From Phycisphaerales bacterium (GTDB lineage Bacteria > Planctomycetota > Phycisphaerae > Phycisphaerales > UBA1924), in assembly GCA_965227775.1 (NCBI GenBank), contig OZ245777.1, positions 160,001 to 224,000 on the forward strand: 64,000 nucleotides of DNA, given 5' to 3'. Numbering within the stretch: the first letter of the stretch is position 1; each line of letters starts with the position of its first letter. Position numbers and translations under genes: made by a program. Shown piece after piece: positions 39,009 through 48,911 of this stretch. The notes under the pieces are model-generated. The model had not been told where the DNA came from. It saw only the letters and a program-made list of their open reading frames with translations, and ran no database searches.

Positions 39009-40844
39009 ATGGACCCCAGCGACACCCCGACGCCCAACACGCCCGCCGAACCAAAGCTGAGCAGCAAGCGACGTGGTGCGCTCGACTGGGTGGAGTGGCT
39101 CGGCAACAAGCTGCCGGATGCGGCCACGCTGTTCCTTCTGGGGGCGATCGTGGTGATGATCGTCAGCCACATCGCGTACACGCAGGGCTGGTCGGTCGAG
39201 GTGCAATCGCTGCGCGAGACCGTTGATCCCGCGACCGGCGAGGCAACGACCGAGCTCGTCCCCACCGGCACGGTGCTAACTGCAAAGAGCCTGCTGACCA
39301 GCGATGGCTTGTATTGGTGCCTGAGCACGATGGTCGCCAACTTCATGGGCTTCGCGCCGCTGGGCGTGGTGCTCACCGGCATGCTGGGCATCGGCGTCGC
39401 GGAGAAGACCGGGCTGATCGGAGCCGGGCTCAAGGCGTTCATGAAGGTCGTTCCCAACCAGCTCCTGACACCGGCGATGGTGTTCCTGGGCATCATGAGC
39501 AGCTTCGGCCTCGACGCGGGATACGTCGTGCTGCCACCGCTTGCGGCACTCTTGTACAAATCGGTGGGTCGCTCGCCACTGGCGGGCATCGCCGCGGTGT
39601 TCGCGGGTGTTGCCGCGGGCTTCAACGCGAACCTCGTGGTGACCGGTCTCGACCCCATGCTCGCGGCACTCAGCACACAGGGTGCACAGATCATCGATGC
39701 GGACTATCAAGTTGCCGCAACTTGCAACTGGTGGTTCATGATTGCGTCGACGTTCGTCATCACCGGCGTGGGCTGGGCGACGAGCGCCTGGTTCGTCGAG
39801 CGAAGGCTCAGCCGCAAGAGCATCGAAGAGGGCGGCCCCGCCCCCATCGAAGCGGTCGATCTCGAGAGCCAGCAGATCACGCCAACGGAGCAGAAGGGCT
39901 TAGTCGCTGCGGCACTCACGGGCATCGTTGTCATCGGCATCATCGTGGCAACCGTCGTGGTCAAGGATTGGCCGCTCTACGACTACAAGGTGCCGGGCGT
40001 GGCAACCGTTGAGAACCCCAATCCCGATCCATCGATCGCCGACCGCGTAAAGCTCAACGGCGAGCCCATCGAGGCTCCGGAGTCGATGCCCGAGGGTGCG
40101 GTGGTCGTTGACGGTGCGGGCTACTACGCCGACGAAACTCTCACCACGTTCGTGACCGACTCGGGAGAGGTGCTGCAGAAGCGCTCGCCACCCTTCGCCC
40201 GCTGGGTCGTCGTCATCACGCCGCTCATCTTCATCGGGTCGATCATCCCGGGCATGGTCTACGGAGTCGTCACCGGTAGCATCAAGAGCACGAAGGACGC
40301 CGGTGCGGTCATGATCAAGGCCATCGAGATGATGGCGCCGATCATCGTGCTGGCGTTCTTTGCCGCCCAGTTCATCCAGTACATGAGCTACAGCGGGCTC
40401 GACGTGATGATGGCGCACGCGGGCGGGCAGTCGCTCGCGACGAGCGGCCTGAGCAACTACGGGCTGGTCATTGCGTTCATCGTCATGACCATGTTCTTCA
40501 ACCTGTTCATCGGGTCGATGAGCGCCAAGTACACGCTGTTCGCACCAATCTTCGTGCCCATGCTCATGTTCGTGGGCATCAGCCCCGAGCTAACCCAGGC
40601 GGCCTACCGCATCGGCGACAGCACGACCAACATCATCACGCCGCTCAACGCGTACCTGGTCATCATCCTCGTGTTCATGCAGAGGTTTGCACCCCGTTCG
40701 GGTATGGGCACACTGATCTCGATGATGATGCCCTACACGATCGTGTTCGCGATTGTCTGGACCATCATGCTGATGCTCTGGATGGCCCTCGGCCTCGAGC
40801 TCGGGCCCAATGGCCCGCTGACCTACAGCATGACGCAGGGTTGA
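39009..40844 (+). CDS. AbgT family transporter
   Basis: LDWVEWLGNKLPD, NFMGFAPLG, GRSPLAGI, GFNANL, AAYRIGDSTTNIITP and GMGTLIS. Confidence 0.93.
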   Translation: MDPSDTPTPNTPAEPKLSSKRRGALDWVEWLGNKLPDAATLFLLGAIVVMIVSHIAYTQGWSVEVQSLRETVDPATGEATTELVPTGTVLTAKSLLTSDGLYWCLSTMVANFMGFAPLGVVLTGMLGIGVAEKTGLIGAGLKAFMKVVPNQLLTPAMVFLGIMSSFGLDAGYVVLPPLAALLYKSVGRSPLAGIAAVFAGVAAGFNANLVVTGLDPMLAALSTQGAQIIDADYQVAATCNWWFMIASTFVITGVGWATSAWFVERRLSRKSIEEGGPAPIEAVDLESQQITPTEQKGLVAAALTGIVVIGIIVATVVVKDWPLYDYKVPGVATVENPNPDPSIADRVKLNGEPIEAPESMPEGAVVVDGAGYYADETLTTFVTDSGEVLQKRSPPFARWVVVITPLIFIGSIIPGMVYGVVTGSIKSTKDAGAVMIKAIEMMAPIIVLAFFAAQFIQYMSYSGLDVMMAHAGGQSLATSGLSNYGLVIAFIVMTMFFNLFIGSMSAKYTLFAPIFVPMLMFVGISPELTQAAYRIGDSTTNIITPLNAYLVIILVFMQRFAPRSGMGTLISMMMPYTIVFAIVWTIMLMLWMALGLELGPNGPLTYSMTQG

Positions 40845-41015
40845 GATCGCTGAGAATTCCTTAAGAATCAGATATCGAGTTAGGACCGATCGACTTTTGC
40901 CAGTACGATGTTCGTACGGCCGAGATCGCCTGCGCGAATGAGCCGATGAAGCAGCACGGGAGTGGGCTCGATCGTTGTGGGGCCGCTGCCGGGTTTTTCG
41001 ATCGGGTGTGGTGCT

Positions 41016-41882
41016 ATGGGACCTTCGGGAGATGCGAAGCTCGACGCGCTGCCCGCTCAGGGTGGCCAGGGAGCTCCGCGCGCCCACCCCGTCGAGGAGT
41101 TGCTTCTTTTTGCGGGAGCCGTGCGTCACTCACCGCTGCTGAAGGCGACCCGTCGCAACGTGCTCGATCTGCCGTTGCTCGACGGACAGACCATCGGAAC
41201 GCAGTGGCAGGACGCGCTGAGCGAGGTTTGCGCGTCGGTGCCGATCCGAGTGTTAACGGACGCAAAGAGCCCGGTGCCGAAGTCAATGAGCGACGAACGC
41301 ACCTCGATCGAGCCTGACGACGTCGCGTTCCTTGGAACCGGCGGCGTATTGCGGGCGGCGGCGCGCGGTCGCAAGGGCAAGCTCTTGATTGCCACCGGCG
41401 GAAGCGTGCTGGGCGGCTCGCTTGCCGTGATCGTCGAGCAACTGCTCTCGCTCGACGCCGACGTTGGCCTCGTTGCCGAGCACGATGGAACGCCGACAGG
41501 GCTCATGCTCGTCTCGGCCGAAGTCCTGCGGGAAATGCCCGGAGCGGGCTACATGGACTTCAAGGAGCAGTGCCTCCCGGGCATCGCTCAGCGACACCGT
41601 GTACGCGTGTTGCGAGCGTCCGCGGCCGAGCGCGTGTGCTTTCCGGTCCGAGACCGTGAGCAGTATCTCGGGGCACTGTCACACCTCTCGGATCGTAAGT
41701 CTTTCACGGTCATCGAGCCGGGAGCCGAGATGGCGACCACGAGCCGAGCGCGTGATGCCGTGGTGCTGGCCGGGGCGCGCGTGGGCGACAAGGCAATCGT
41801 GGCACGTTCGATACTCGGGCCTGGCGCTTCGATCGCGAAGGGGCAGGTTGTGACCGATGCCATCCTCGGGAGCGGGGCATGA
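41016..41882 (+). CDS. Sugar-phosphate nucleotidyltransferase-like protein (degenerate) with hexapeptide C-terminus
   Basis: LLLFAGAVR in place of LAGG-G-R; LGTGGVLR; YMDFKEQCLP; left-handed beta-helix-like tail; start 41016 or 40962. Confidence 0.65.
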   Translation: MGPSGDAKLDALPAQGGQGAPRAHPVEELLLFAGAVRHSPLLKATRRNVLDLPLLDGQTIGTQWQDALSEVCASVPIRVLTDAKSPVPKSMSDERTSIEPDDVAFLGTGGVLRAAARGRKGKLLIATGGSVLGGSLAVIVEQLLSLDADVGLVAEHDGTPTGLMLVSAEVLREMPGAGYMDFKEQCLPGIAQRHRVRVLRASAAERVCFPVRDREQYLGALSHLSDRKSFTVIEPGAEMATTSRARDAVVLAGARVGDKAIVARSILGPGASIAKGQVVTDAILGSGA

Positions 41883-42742
41883 GCTCGCCCGGCCACGGAT
41901 GGACGAGCTGGACTCCCCTGCAGGCGTGCATCGCCGTTGCAGCAGCGCTCTTCGCGTGCTTTCCGGCCTGGAAAGATATCTATTTGTCCGCGACGACGGA
42001 TCCAGACAACGGTTACATCGTGCTGGTTCCCGCTGTCGCGGGCTGGCTCGCGATTTGCCGACGCAAGCGGCTGCGAAGCGTGGGGCGACGTGGGCTATGG
42101 ATGGGCCCGTTGATCGCCCTGCTTGCGGCTGCGGTGTACCTGTTGGGTGGAACGTTCAACGCGACACTTGCGGTCCACTTCGGCGCTATCGGCGTGCTCA
42201 TCGGGGCCATCTGGTCGGTCGCCGGCCGGAGCATCATGTTGCGGATGATCCCGGCTGTTGTCGCGTTGTTCTTTCTGGCGCCCGTTCCGATGGGCTGGTT
42301 GCTCCCGATCTCGCACGTGCTCAGCACATGGAGCCTGTCCGTGACAGCAGGCGTGCTCGAGATCTTCGGTGTGCCCGCGTACGCCAGCGGCAGCGAGTTG
42401 ATCATCGGCGCCGATCAGGTCATCCTGGGCGACTTCGCCGGTGTTCGGATGATCGCCGCAATCGGCTTGGTAACCTACGCCTTCGCGTTCGGAACCCCGT
42501 TGCGTCACGGTGTCCGCATCGCCATGGTGCTCGCCAGCCCGCTCGTGGCCGTGGTCGCGAACATCGTGCGCCTGGTGCCGTTTGCAATCCTGGCCGAAGC
42601 CTGGCCCGAGTCGATCCGCGTGCTCGCGCAGCTCAGCGGCTGGCTCACGCTCGTGCTTGCCCTTGGCATGCTGTACCTGTCTATCCGCCTACTCGCCTAC
42701 GCCCAGGTGCCGGCGCGCCGCTATGCGCTCGCGTACCAGTAG
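41879..42742 (+). CDS. Exosortase/archaeosortase family protein, apparently lacking catalytic Cys and His
   Basis: Multi-TM protein with LVP, FFLAPVP, G.P..SG, GVRM, ANIVRL and SGW blocks of exosortases. Confidence 0.8.
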   Translation: MSSPGHGWTSWTPLQACIAVAAALFACFPAWKDIYLSATTDPDNGYIVLVPAVAGWLAICRRKRLRSVGRRGLWMGPLIALLAAAVYLLGGTFNATLAVHFGAIGVLIGAIWSVAGRSIMLRMIPAVVALFFLAPVPMGWLLPISHVLSTWSLSVTAGVLEIFGVPAYASGSELIIGADQVILGDFAGVRMIAAIGLVTYAFAFGTPLRHGVRIAMVLASPLVAVVANIVRLVPFAILAEAWPESIRVLAQLSGWLTLVLALGMLYLSIRLLAYAQVPARRYALAYQ

Positions 42743-42761
42743 TCTCGAAGAAGGACTCTCG

Positions 42762-43415
42762 TTGCGTCAAATCGTCCCCGTCATCACGATGCTGGCCTTA
42801 GCCCTCGCAGTCTGCGTGGCCGATCCAATCCGTCGTTCGGGGGCGGTGATCGATCTCGAATCCCTGGATGCCGAGGTCGCCAGCCTTGTTCGAGCGCCTC
42901 GCGGATGGGTTCGCGTCGAGTTTGCGCAGCCACTACCCAAGGCATATCCACCCCACTACGCGTTCATCGACGAGACGACCCAGTTTCGCCGTCTCGCGGG
43001 TACAGGAATCGAGAACGCGACTCTGATCGCGTTCTTGCGTATCGCTGTCGTGCAAGATCGTCGCGACTTACTGGCATTTGATCCCGCCGAAGCCATGCGA
43101 GCCAATGGATGGACGAGCGAGGATGGGGCCGCTGACCAGGACGCCCGTCGCACTGTGCACGGACGCGGCACAGACGCGTACGGCGATCGGGTCACCCTGG
43201 ACACGATCTACGTCGTACCGGGGGACTGGGGACCTGATCCCGCGCTCATAGCAAACGCGGGACACCGAGGGCCCGGGTGGCCCGGCCCGGGCGCGATTGT
43301 GCAGGTGCTCGTGACCGAAGGCGACGAGCAGACCGATGTGCCGGCTCTATCCGCGCTCGCCCTGCAGATCGCAGAGTCGCTCGCCGAGTCATTGCCGGGG
43401 AGCGACCAAGAGTGA
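42762..43415 (+). CDS. EpsI-like exosortase-associated protein (divergent)
   Basis: N-terminal anchor; APRGW; DRRDLLAFDPAEAMRANGW where EpsI has H-x-P-x-x-C...GW; lies directly after the exosortase; TTG start with AAGGA RBS. Confidence 0.55.
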   Translation: MRQIVPVITMLALALAVCVADPIRRSGAVIDLESLDAEVASLVRAPRGWVRVEFAQPLPKAYPPHYAFIDETTQFRRLAGTGIENATLIAFLRIAVVQDRRDLLAFDPAEAMRANGWTSEDGAADQDARRTVHGRGTDAYGDRVTLDTIYVVPGDWGPDPALIANAGHRGPGWPGPGAIVQVLVTEGDEQTDVPALSALALQIAESLAESLPGSDQE

Positions 43416-44821
43416 TCGCCGAGCCAGCACCCAACCCGACGGTCTTCGGGCTCTCTCCCGTCGCGTTGCACGATCGCTTCTGGGCATCGCGCGGCGTGCA
43501 GGTTGTTCGTCAGGGCATGGCCACCCCACTCGTGCGCCATGCACAACTCTTCTTGTTGTTGCAGCCACGAACGTTGTGCCTCTTCGAGTTGCCGCAGGTG
43601 GTCGACCATATCGTATGGGACGACGCGGATCTTGTCATGCTACGACTGCATGACGTTGATGAGCACGCGTACCGCGAACGCATCATCTCGCAGCACGACG
43701 GACGATTCGTCAAGATTGAACGCGTGTACGGCAGCGACGACTCGAGATTTGCGCGCGCTGCGGTGACGAATCGACCGACGGTTGCCCGACTCTGGCAGGA
43801 AGCCGAGGACCGTCGAGATGGCTGGCGCAAGCTCCGCCGTGCCGTGCGGCGCGGGCAGCGTTGGCCGATGGCCATCGATGCACGCGTATTCGACGCCGAC
43901 GACCAGACCGAGCTCTCGCGCTGCGCCCGCCTGCTCGTCGAGCGTTGGCACACACCGAACAGCACCATCGACCGGGCCAAGCCGCGCGGCAACGGGGCCT
44001 GGATCGACCCCACGGCGACACTCGATCAGGGTGCTCAGTGCATCGGTCGCGTGTGGGTCGGCGCGGGGCGCTCCATTGAAGGCGACGACCTGCTCGTCGG
44101 ACCCGACATCGTCTGGGACGATCCCGCTCACACACCGGATCCCGGTGACGTGCGATGGCTCGACCTGCAGCCCAGCGAGCGCACCGAGCCGCTCCGGCCG
44201 CGATCGGTCCCCACGCTCGAACGCGCGATCAAGCGTGGCTTCGACATCGTCTTTGCCCTCGCGGCGCTTGCGGTCACGCTGCCGATCTATCCGATCGTCA
44301 TGCTCGCAATCTGGCTCGAGGACGGCCGCCCATTCTTCTTTGCGCACACCCGAGAGTCCCTCAACGCGAAGGACTTCCCGTGCCTGAAGTTCCGATCGAT
44401 GCGCAAGGACGCCGAGAACATGAAGGCCGAGCTCGCCGCACTCAACCAGGTGGATGGGCCCCAGTTCTACATCAAGGACGACCCACGACTGACGCGCGTG
44501 GGCAAGTTCATCCGCAAGGTGCAGATCGATGAGTTGCCGCAATTCCTGAACGTTCTCGTGGGGCATATGTCCGTCGTTGGACCGCGGCCGAGCCCGTACA
44601 AAGAGAACCAATACTGCCCCGGTTGGCGAGAGGCGCGGCTCAGTGTGCGTCCAGGCGTGACGGGCCTGTGGCAGGTCAAGCGCACGCGGGCGGCCGACAG
44701 CGACTTCCAGGAGTGGATTCGCTACGACATTGAGTACGTCGAGAACATGAGCCTCTGGCTCGACCTCAAGATCATCTGGCGGACCATCGCGACGATCATC
44801 CGGTCGATCCGGCGTTCGTGA
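43412..44821 (+). CDS. Priming glycosyltransferase (bacterial sugar transferase) with N-terminal extension
   Basis: [52 protein letters not shown] and SLWLDLKI. Confidence 0.92.
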   Translation: MIAEPAPNPTVFGLSPVALHDRFWASRGVQVVRQGMATPLVRHAQLFLLLQPRTLCLFELPQVVDHIVWDDADLVMLRLHDVDEHAYRERIISQHDGRFVKIERVYGSDDSRFARAAVTNRPTVARLWQEAEDRRDGWRKLRRAVRRGQRWPMAIDARVFDADDQTELSRCARLLVERWHTPNSTIDRAKPRGNGAWIDPTATLDQGAQCIGRVWVGAGRSIEGDDLLVGPDIVWDDPAHTPDPGDVRWLDLQPSERTEPLRPRSVPTLERAIKRGFDIVFALAALAVTLPIYPIVMLAIWLEDGRPFFFAHTRESLNAKDFPCLKFRSMRKDAENMKAELAALNQVDGPQFYIKDDPRLTRVGKFIRKVQIDELPQFLNVLVGHMSVVGPRPSPYKENQYCPGWREARLSVRPGVTGLWQVKRTRAADSDFQEWIRYDIEYVENMSLWLDLKIIWRTIATIIRSIRRS

Positions 44822-44825
44822 GCAT

Positions 44826-46898
44826 CTACCAGGCTTGCTCGCCCAACGGCTCGCCTTCATACTGCTCGACGGGCACACCCTCTGGCATGGCCTTGACAAA
44901 TAGCGATCCATACCGTGCGGTGACGACGCGCGGATCAAGCACGACCACCTGACCGGTATCGCTCGCGCTCCGAATGAGGCGGCCAAAACCCTGCTTAAAG
45001 CGAATGACCGCGCGTGGCAGGCTATCGACTCGGAACGGGTCCTTGCCCTGCTCCTTCAATCGCTCGGCCCGTGCTTCGGCCAACGGTCGATCGGGAGGAT
45101 CGAATGGCAGCCGAGTGATGATGACATTGCGGAGGTTGTCGCCTGGAACGTCGACGCCCTGCCAGAAGCTGGCCGCGCCAAAGAGGGCCGAGCTCGGATC
45201 CTCGCGGAACCGCTCGAGAATGAGCGCCCGAGAGCCATCGGCTTCCTGCGCGTGCAGGTTGATGCCCAGGCGTCCCAGTGGGTCGCGGCAGGCCCGAGCC
45301 ATCGCGCGCAGCAGCCGGTGGCTTGTGAACAGCACGAACGCGCCGCCACGCGTCGTGCCGACGTGCTCCACGATCGCCGCGGCCAGGCGCTCTTCATAGC
45401 CGCGATCGAGCCCGCGGCCGGGCGTGCCCACGCGCTGGTCGACGACCAACCGGACCTGCCTCCCGTAGTCAAAGGGCGAGCCCAGCCGGAGCGTGGAAGC
45501 GCCAACGGCACCGAGTCGCTCGATGGCGTGATCGAAGCCCGAATCGTCATCGCGTCCACTGGTCGCCAGTGTCGCGCTGGTGAGGCTCACCGAGAAGTCG
45601 CGGCCGAAGAGCTCTTCGCCCAGGATCGGCCCGACGTCGATCGGTGCGCACGTCAGGCTCACGCGTGGGCGGCCCGTGCTGCTGCGGCTGGCGTCGACCC
45701 AGTACACGAAGCCCGTCTGGCTCTGCTCGACCAACGCGTCGCACGCTCGCCCGATCTCGGCAGCGCGCATCGTGTAGCTGTTGAGCTCGAACTTGTCGGG
45801 CTCGTAGCGAGGCTCGTCGGGCAGGGCCTCCTTCAGCCGCTTCAGACGTCCCGCGAGCTCGTCGAACGCCGGCGTCACGCTGTTGCCAACCACGCCCGGC
45901 TCCCGGACGCGCAGGCTTCCACCCTCACCGCCGCTCTTCTCGCCCGCGACGACGCCCAATGAGCCGAAGAACTCGCGAGCCGCAAGCTCCGCCTCGTGCA
46001 CAGCGTTCGCCGCGGCCAGCAATGGCCGATCGTCCTCGAGCTCGAGGTTCGCCAGGTAACCCTTGTTCGTCCGGCTGTTGAGCAACACGCCGAGCAGGTG
46101 CATGACGCGGCCCTCGGTCAGCGAGAGCCCGAAGTGGTCGGCGGCGACTTCCTCGACCGTGTGGGCTTCGTCGAGCACGACGTGGTCGTACCGCGGTAGA
46201 AAACCCGTGCCGCGCGCACGAAGGGCGAGGTCGCTGAAGAAGAGCGCATGGTTTGTGACCAGCAGATTTGCCCGTTCCATGTCTCGCCGGGCATTCTGAT
46301 AGAAGCACTGGCTGTGTCGTGGGCACTTGCGGCCCATGCAATTGCCGCTGTCGCTCTGTACGCGGTCCCACACGCCTGGCTTCTCGAGCGCGGGCAGCGT
46401 GCTGAGCGTGCCATCTTCGGTCACGTAGGCCCACTCCTCGATCGTGCCGAGCGAACGCCGGCTGGGCTCATCGCCGAACAGCTTGAGCCGTCGCTTGCTT
46501 GCCAGCTCCAGGCGGCGGATCGACAGGTAATTGCCCCGGCCCTTGACGAGCGAGGCGTGCAGTTCGCTGCGGCTGCCCGGCTGGGCCAGCAGCGCCGGCT
46601 GCAGCACGCGCTCGAGCAGCGGGATGTCTCGCGCAATGAGCTGCTCCTGCAGTGCGATGGTGTGCGTCGAGACGACGACGCGCTCCCCGAAGCAGATGGC
46701 CCGGACCATCGCCGGCACGAGGTACGCAAAGCTCTTCCCCACACCCGTGCCCGCCTCGGCCAGCAGGTGCGCACGGTTCTCCATCGTGCGCTGCACGGCG
46801 TCGGCCATGCCAAGCTGCTCGGGCCTGGGCTCGTACCGCTCGCCCAACGCCTCGGCGATGGGTCCGTCGGATTCGAGGAGATCGCGGGCGTCGGGCAT
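44826..46898 (-). CDS. DinG/YoaA family ATP-dependent DNA helicase
   Basis: EAGTGVGKS, STHTIALQEQL, DEAH, SATL, FWQGVDVPG and QGFGRLIR. Confidence 0.93.
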   Translation of the reverse strand: MPDARDLLESDGPIAEALGERYEPRPEQLGMADAVQRTMENRAHLLAEAGTGVGKSFAYLVPAMVRAICFGERVVVSTHTIALQEQLIARDIPLLERVLQPALLAQPGSRSELHASLVKGRGNYLSIRRLELASKRRLKLFGDEPSRRSLGTIEEWAYVTEDGTLSTLPALEKPGVWDRVQSDSGNCMGRKCPRHSQCFYQNARRDMERANLLVTNHALFFSDLALRARGTGFLPRYDHVVLDEAHTVEEVAADHFGLSLTEGRVMHLLGVLLNSRTNKGYLANLELEDDRPLLAAANAVHEAELAAREFFGSLGVVAGEKSGGEGGSLRVREPGVVGNSVTPAFDELAGRLKRLKEALPDEPRYEPDKFELNSYTMRAAEIGRACDALVEQSQTGFVYWVDASRSSTGRPRVSLTCAPIDVGPILGEELFGRDFSVSLTSATLATSGRDDDSGFDHAIERLGAVGASTLRLGSPFDYGRQVRLVVDQRVGTPGRGLDRGYEERLAAAIVEHVGTTRGGAFVLFTSHRLLRAMARACRDPLGRLGINLHAQEADGSRALILERFREDPSSALFGAASFWQGVDVPGDNLRNVIITRLPFDPPDRPLAEARAERLKEQGKDPFRVDSLPRAVIRFKQGFGRLIRSASDTGQVVVLDPRVVTARYGSLFVKAMPEGVPVEQYEGEPLGEQAW

Positions 46899-47707
46899 CA
46901 GAGCCCCAGTGGCTTGCGCTTGGGCTCGCCGTTGCCGCGCGGGTAGGCCTTGGGTGTCGGCCGCAACTTTTCGAGCATGACGATCCTGCCCGTGGGCGTC
47001 TCGAGCGTGCCGGCGTGGGCGCTCAGCAGCAGGTGCAGGGCGGCCTTGGCGTTCTCGAGTTCCTCGCCCGCCTTCTCGCCCTTGATGAGCAATGCAACGC
47101 CGCCGGGCTTGACGAACGGCGTGGCGAGTTCGGCGATGGTCACCATTGGTCCCACGGCTCGCGCGATGGCGGCGTCGTAGGTGTCGCGATGGGCGGAGTC
47201 ACGGGCGGCCTGCTCGGCCCGTGCGGTGACGACTGTCGAATGTTCCACGCCCAACACATCCAGCACGGCGCGCACGAAGGCGGTCTTCTTGGCCGTCGCA
47301 TCGAGCAAGGTGAACCGAAGATCGGGCCTCACGATCGCGAGCGGCACGCCGGGAACGCCGCCACCGGTGCCGATGTCGATGACTGTCGCGCCCGTGTGCA
47401 ACTCGGCCAGCGGCGCCATGAGCGTCAGGGAGTCCAGGATGTGCCGCGTCCAAGCGTCGGCCGGGGTCTTGATGGCCGTCAGGTTCATCCGCGTGTTGGC
47501 GTGCAGCAGGATGGCCAAGAAGCGGCCGAGCTTCTCGATCTCGCCGGGCTCGAAGGCGATGCCGAGTTCGGCGGCGGCCGCGACGAACTCGGGCGGCGCG
47601 GTCAACGGCTCGGCCGGCGCATCGGCGAGGACCTCTGCGATGAACGCTTGAACATCTCGATCAGGGGCTGGGACGGGTTCGGACGTTGCTGAGGACCGGC
47701 TGGGCAT
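46898..47707 (-). CDS. rsmG: 16S rRNA (guanine-N7) methyltransferase RsmG
   Basis: MNLTAI, RHILDSL, DIGTGGGVPG, RAE, ARAV and TPKAYPR; start uncertain. Confidence 0.92.
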   Translation of the reverse strand: MPSRSSATSEPVPAPDRDVQAFIAEVLADAPAEPLTAPPEFVAAAAELGIAFEPGEIEKLGRFLAILLHANTRMNLTAIKTPADAWTRHILDSLTLMAPLAELHTGATVIDIGTGGGVPGVPLAIVRPDLRFTLLDATAKKTAFVRAVLDVLGVEHSTVVTARAEQAARDSAHRDTYDAAIARAVGPMVTIAELATPFVKPGGVALLIKGEKAGEELENAKAALHLLLSAHAGTLETPTGRIVMLEKLRPTPKAYPRGNGEPKRKPLGL

Positions 47708-48911
47708 CGCCCTCAGCGTATTCAAACGACGGGCGGTACGACTGGCTCGTTCTCCGCAAACCGACGCCCAGCACGAGCCCGGTGGTGAGCCAGACCGCCA
47801 CGATGCTCGAGCCGCCGTAACTGAGGAACGGCAGCGTGATGCCCACAATGGGGACGAGCCCAACGTTCATACCAACGTTGACGATGGTCTGTGCAGCGAT
47901 CAGGGCTGCGAGCCCCACGCACAGCAGCCTGCCGAACGGGTCGGCACACGTCGCCGCAACGCCCAGCGCCCCGAGCAGCCAGGCGAGGTACAGCCCCAGG
48001 ATGCCCACGCCGCCCCAGAAGCCGAAGCGCGTGACGAGGACGCTGTAGACCATGTCGTTGTGCGCCTCGGGCAAGCGGTTGTACCGGATGAGGGCACGGG
48101 CGTGCTCGTCGGCGTTGCCCGTGGTCTGGCCCGCGCCGATGACGCGTTGGGCCGTGCCGCCCTGGAAGTTGATGCCATCGGCTCCTTCGGTGCTGCCCTG
48201 CAACTGGCGGATGAGACCTACGACGCGCTCCTTCTGGTAGTCCTTCAGGAAGGGATAGCTCGCGGGCGCGGCCATGGCAGCCACGAGCGCGATGACGGCG
48301 ATGTGCTTGAGCTTGGCGCCCGCGGCCACGATGATGGCACCCAGCGCCGGCACGATCATCATGGCCGTACCGAAGTCCGGCTGCAGGATGATGAGCGAGA
48401 TCGGCACAAACGCGATGAGCCCCGGGCCGACGAGCCCGAAGAACCGCCGGTGGCTGCTGCGATACCGCATATGCCAGGCAAGCGTGATGACGAACACGAC
48501 CTTGGCGAGTTCGGCGGGCTGGAAGTCCATAGGCCCCAGATCGATCCATCCGCGTGTGCCGTTGCGCGGGCGGACGATGGACTCGGGCACCGCCGGAATG
48601 AGCAGGAACACGAGGAACGCGAGCGTGGCGGTGATGAGCGGCCAGCGGAGGATTCCGAACCAGCGGTAGTGCGGCACGCACGCGAATCCCGCGGCGATGA
48701 TGCCCACGCCCACGAACAGCAACTGGCGGTGTGCGGTGGGGCTCAGACCCGTTGCGCCGTCGCTCTTGGTCGCGATGTCGATGGCGTAGACGCCCAGCAA
48801 TGAGAGCGCGATGGCGGCGGCAAAGCTCAGCCAGCCGAGATTGGCGATGGCCCATCGGGCCCTGGAGCCCGATCCCTCGGCGAGCATAAAGCCGTGCACG
48901 CGGTCGAGCAT
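47661..48911 (-). CDS. rodA: SEDS family peptidoglycan polymerase RodA
   Basis: NGTRGW, FQPAELAK, QPDFGTA, LPEAHNDM and GITLPFLSYGGSS; downstream of a class B PBP. Confidence 0.9.
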   Translation of the reverse strand: MLDRVHGFMLAEGSGSRARWAIANLGWLSFAAAIALSLLGVYAIDIATKSDGATGLSPTAHRQLLFVGVGIIAAGFACVPHYRWFGILRWPLITATLAFLVFLLIPAVPESIVRPRNGTRGWIDLGPMDFQPAELAKVVFVITLAWHMRYRSSHRRFFGLVGPGLIAFVPISLIILQPDFGTAMMIVPALGAIIVAAGAKLKHIAVIALVAAMAAPASYPFLKDYQKERVVGLIRQLQGSTEGADGINFQGGTAQRVIGAGQTTGNADEHARALIRYNRLPEAHNDMVYSVLVTRFGFWGGVGILGLYLAWLLGALGVAATCADPFGRLLCVGLAALIAAQTIVNVGMNVGLVPIVGITLPFLSYGGSSIVAVWLTTGLVLGVGLRRTSQSYRPSFEYAEGDAQPVLSNVRTRPSP

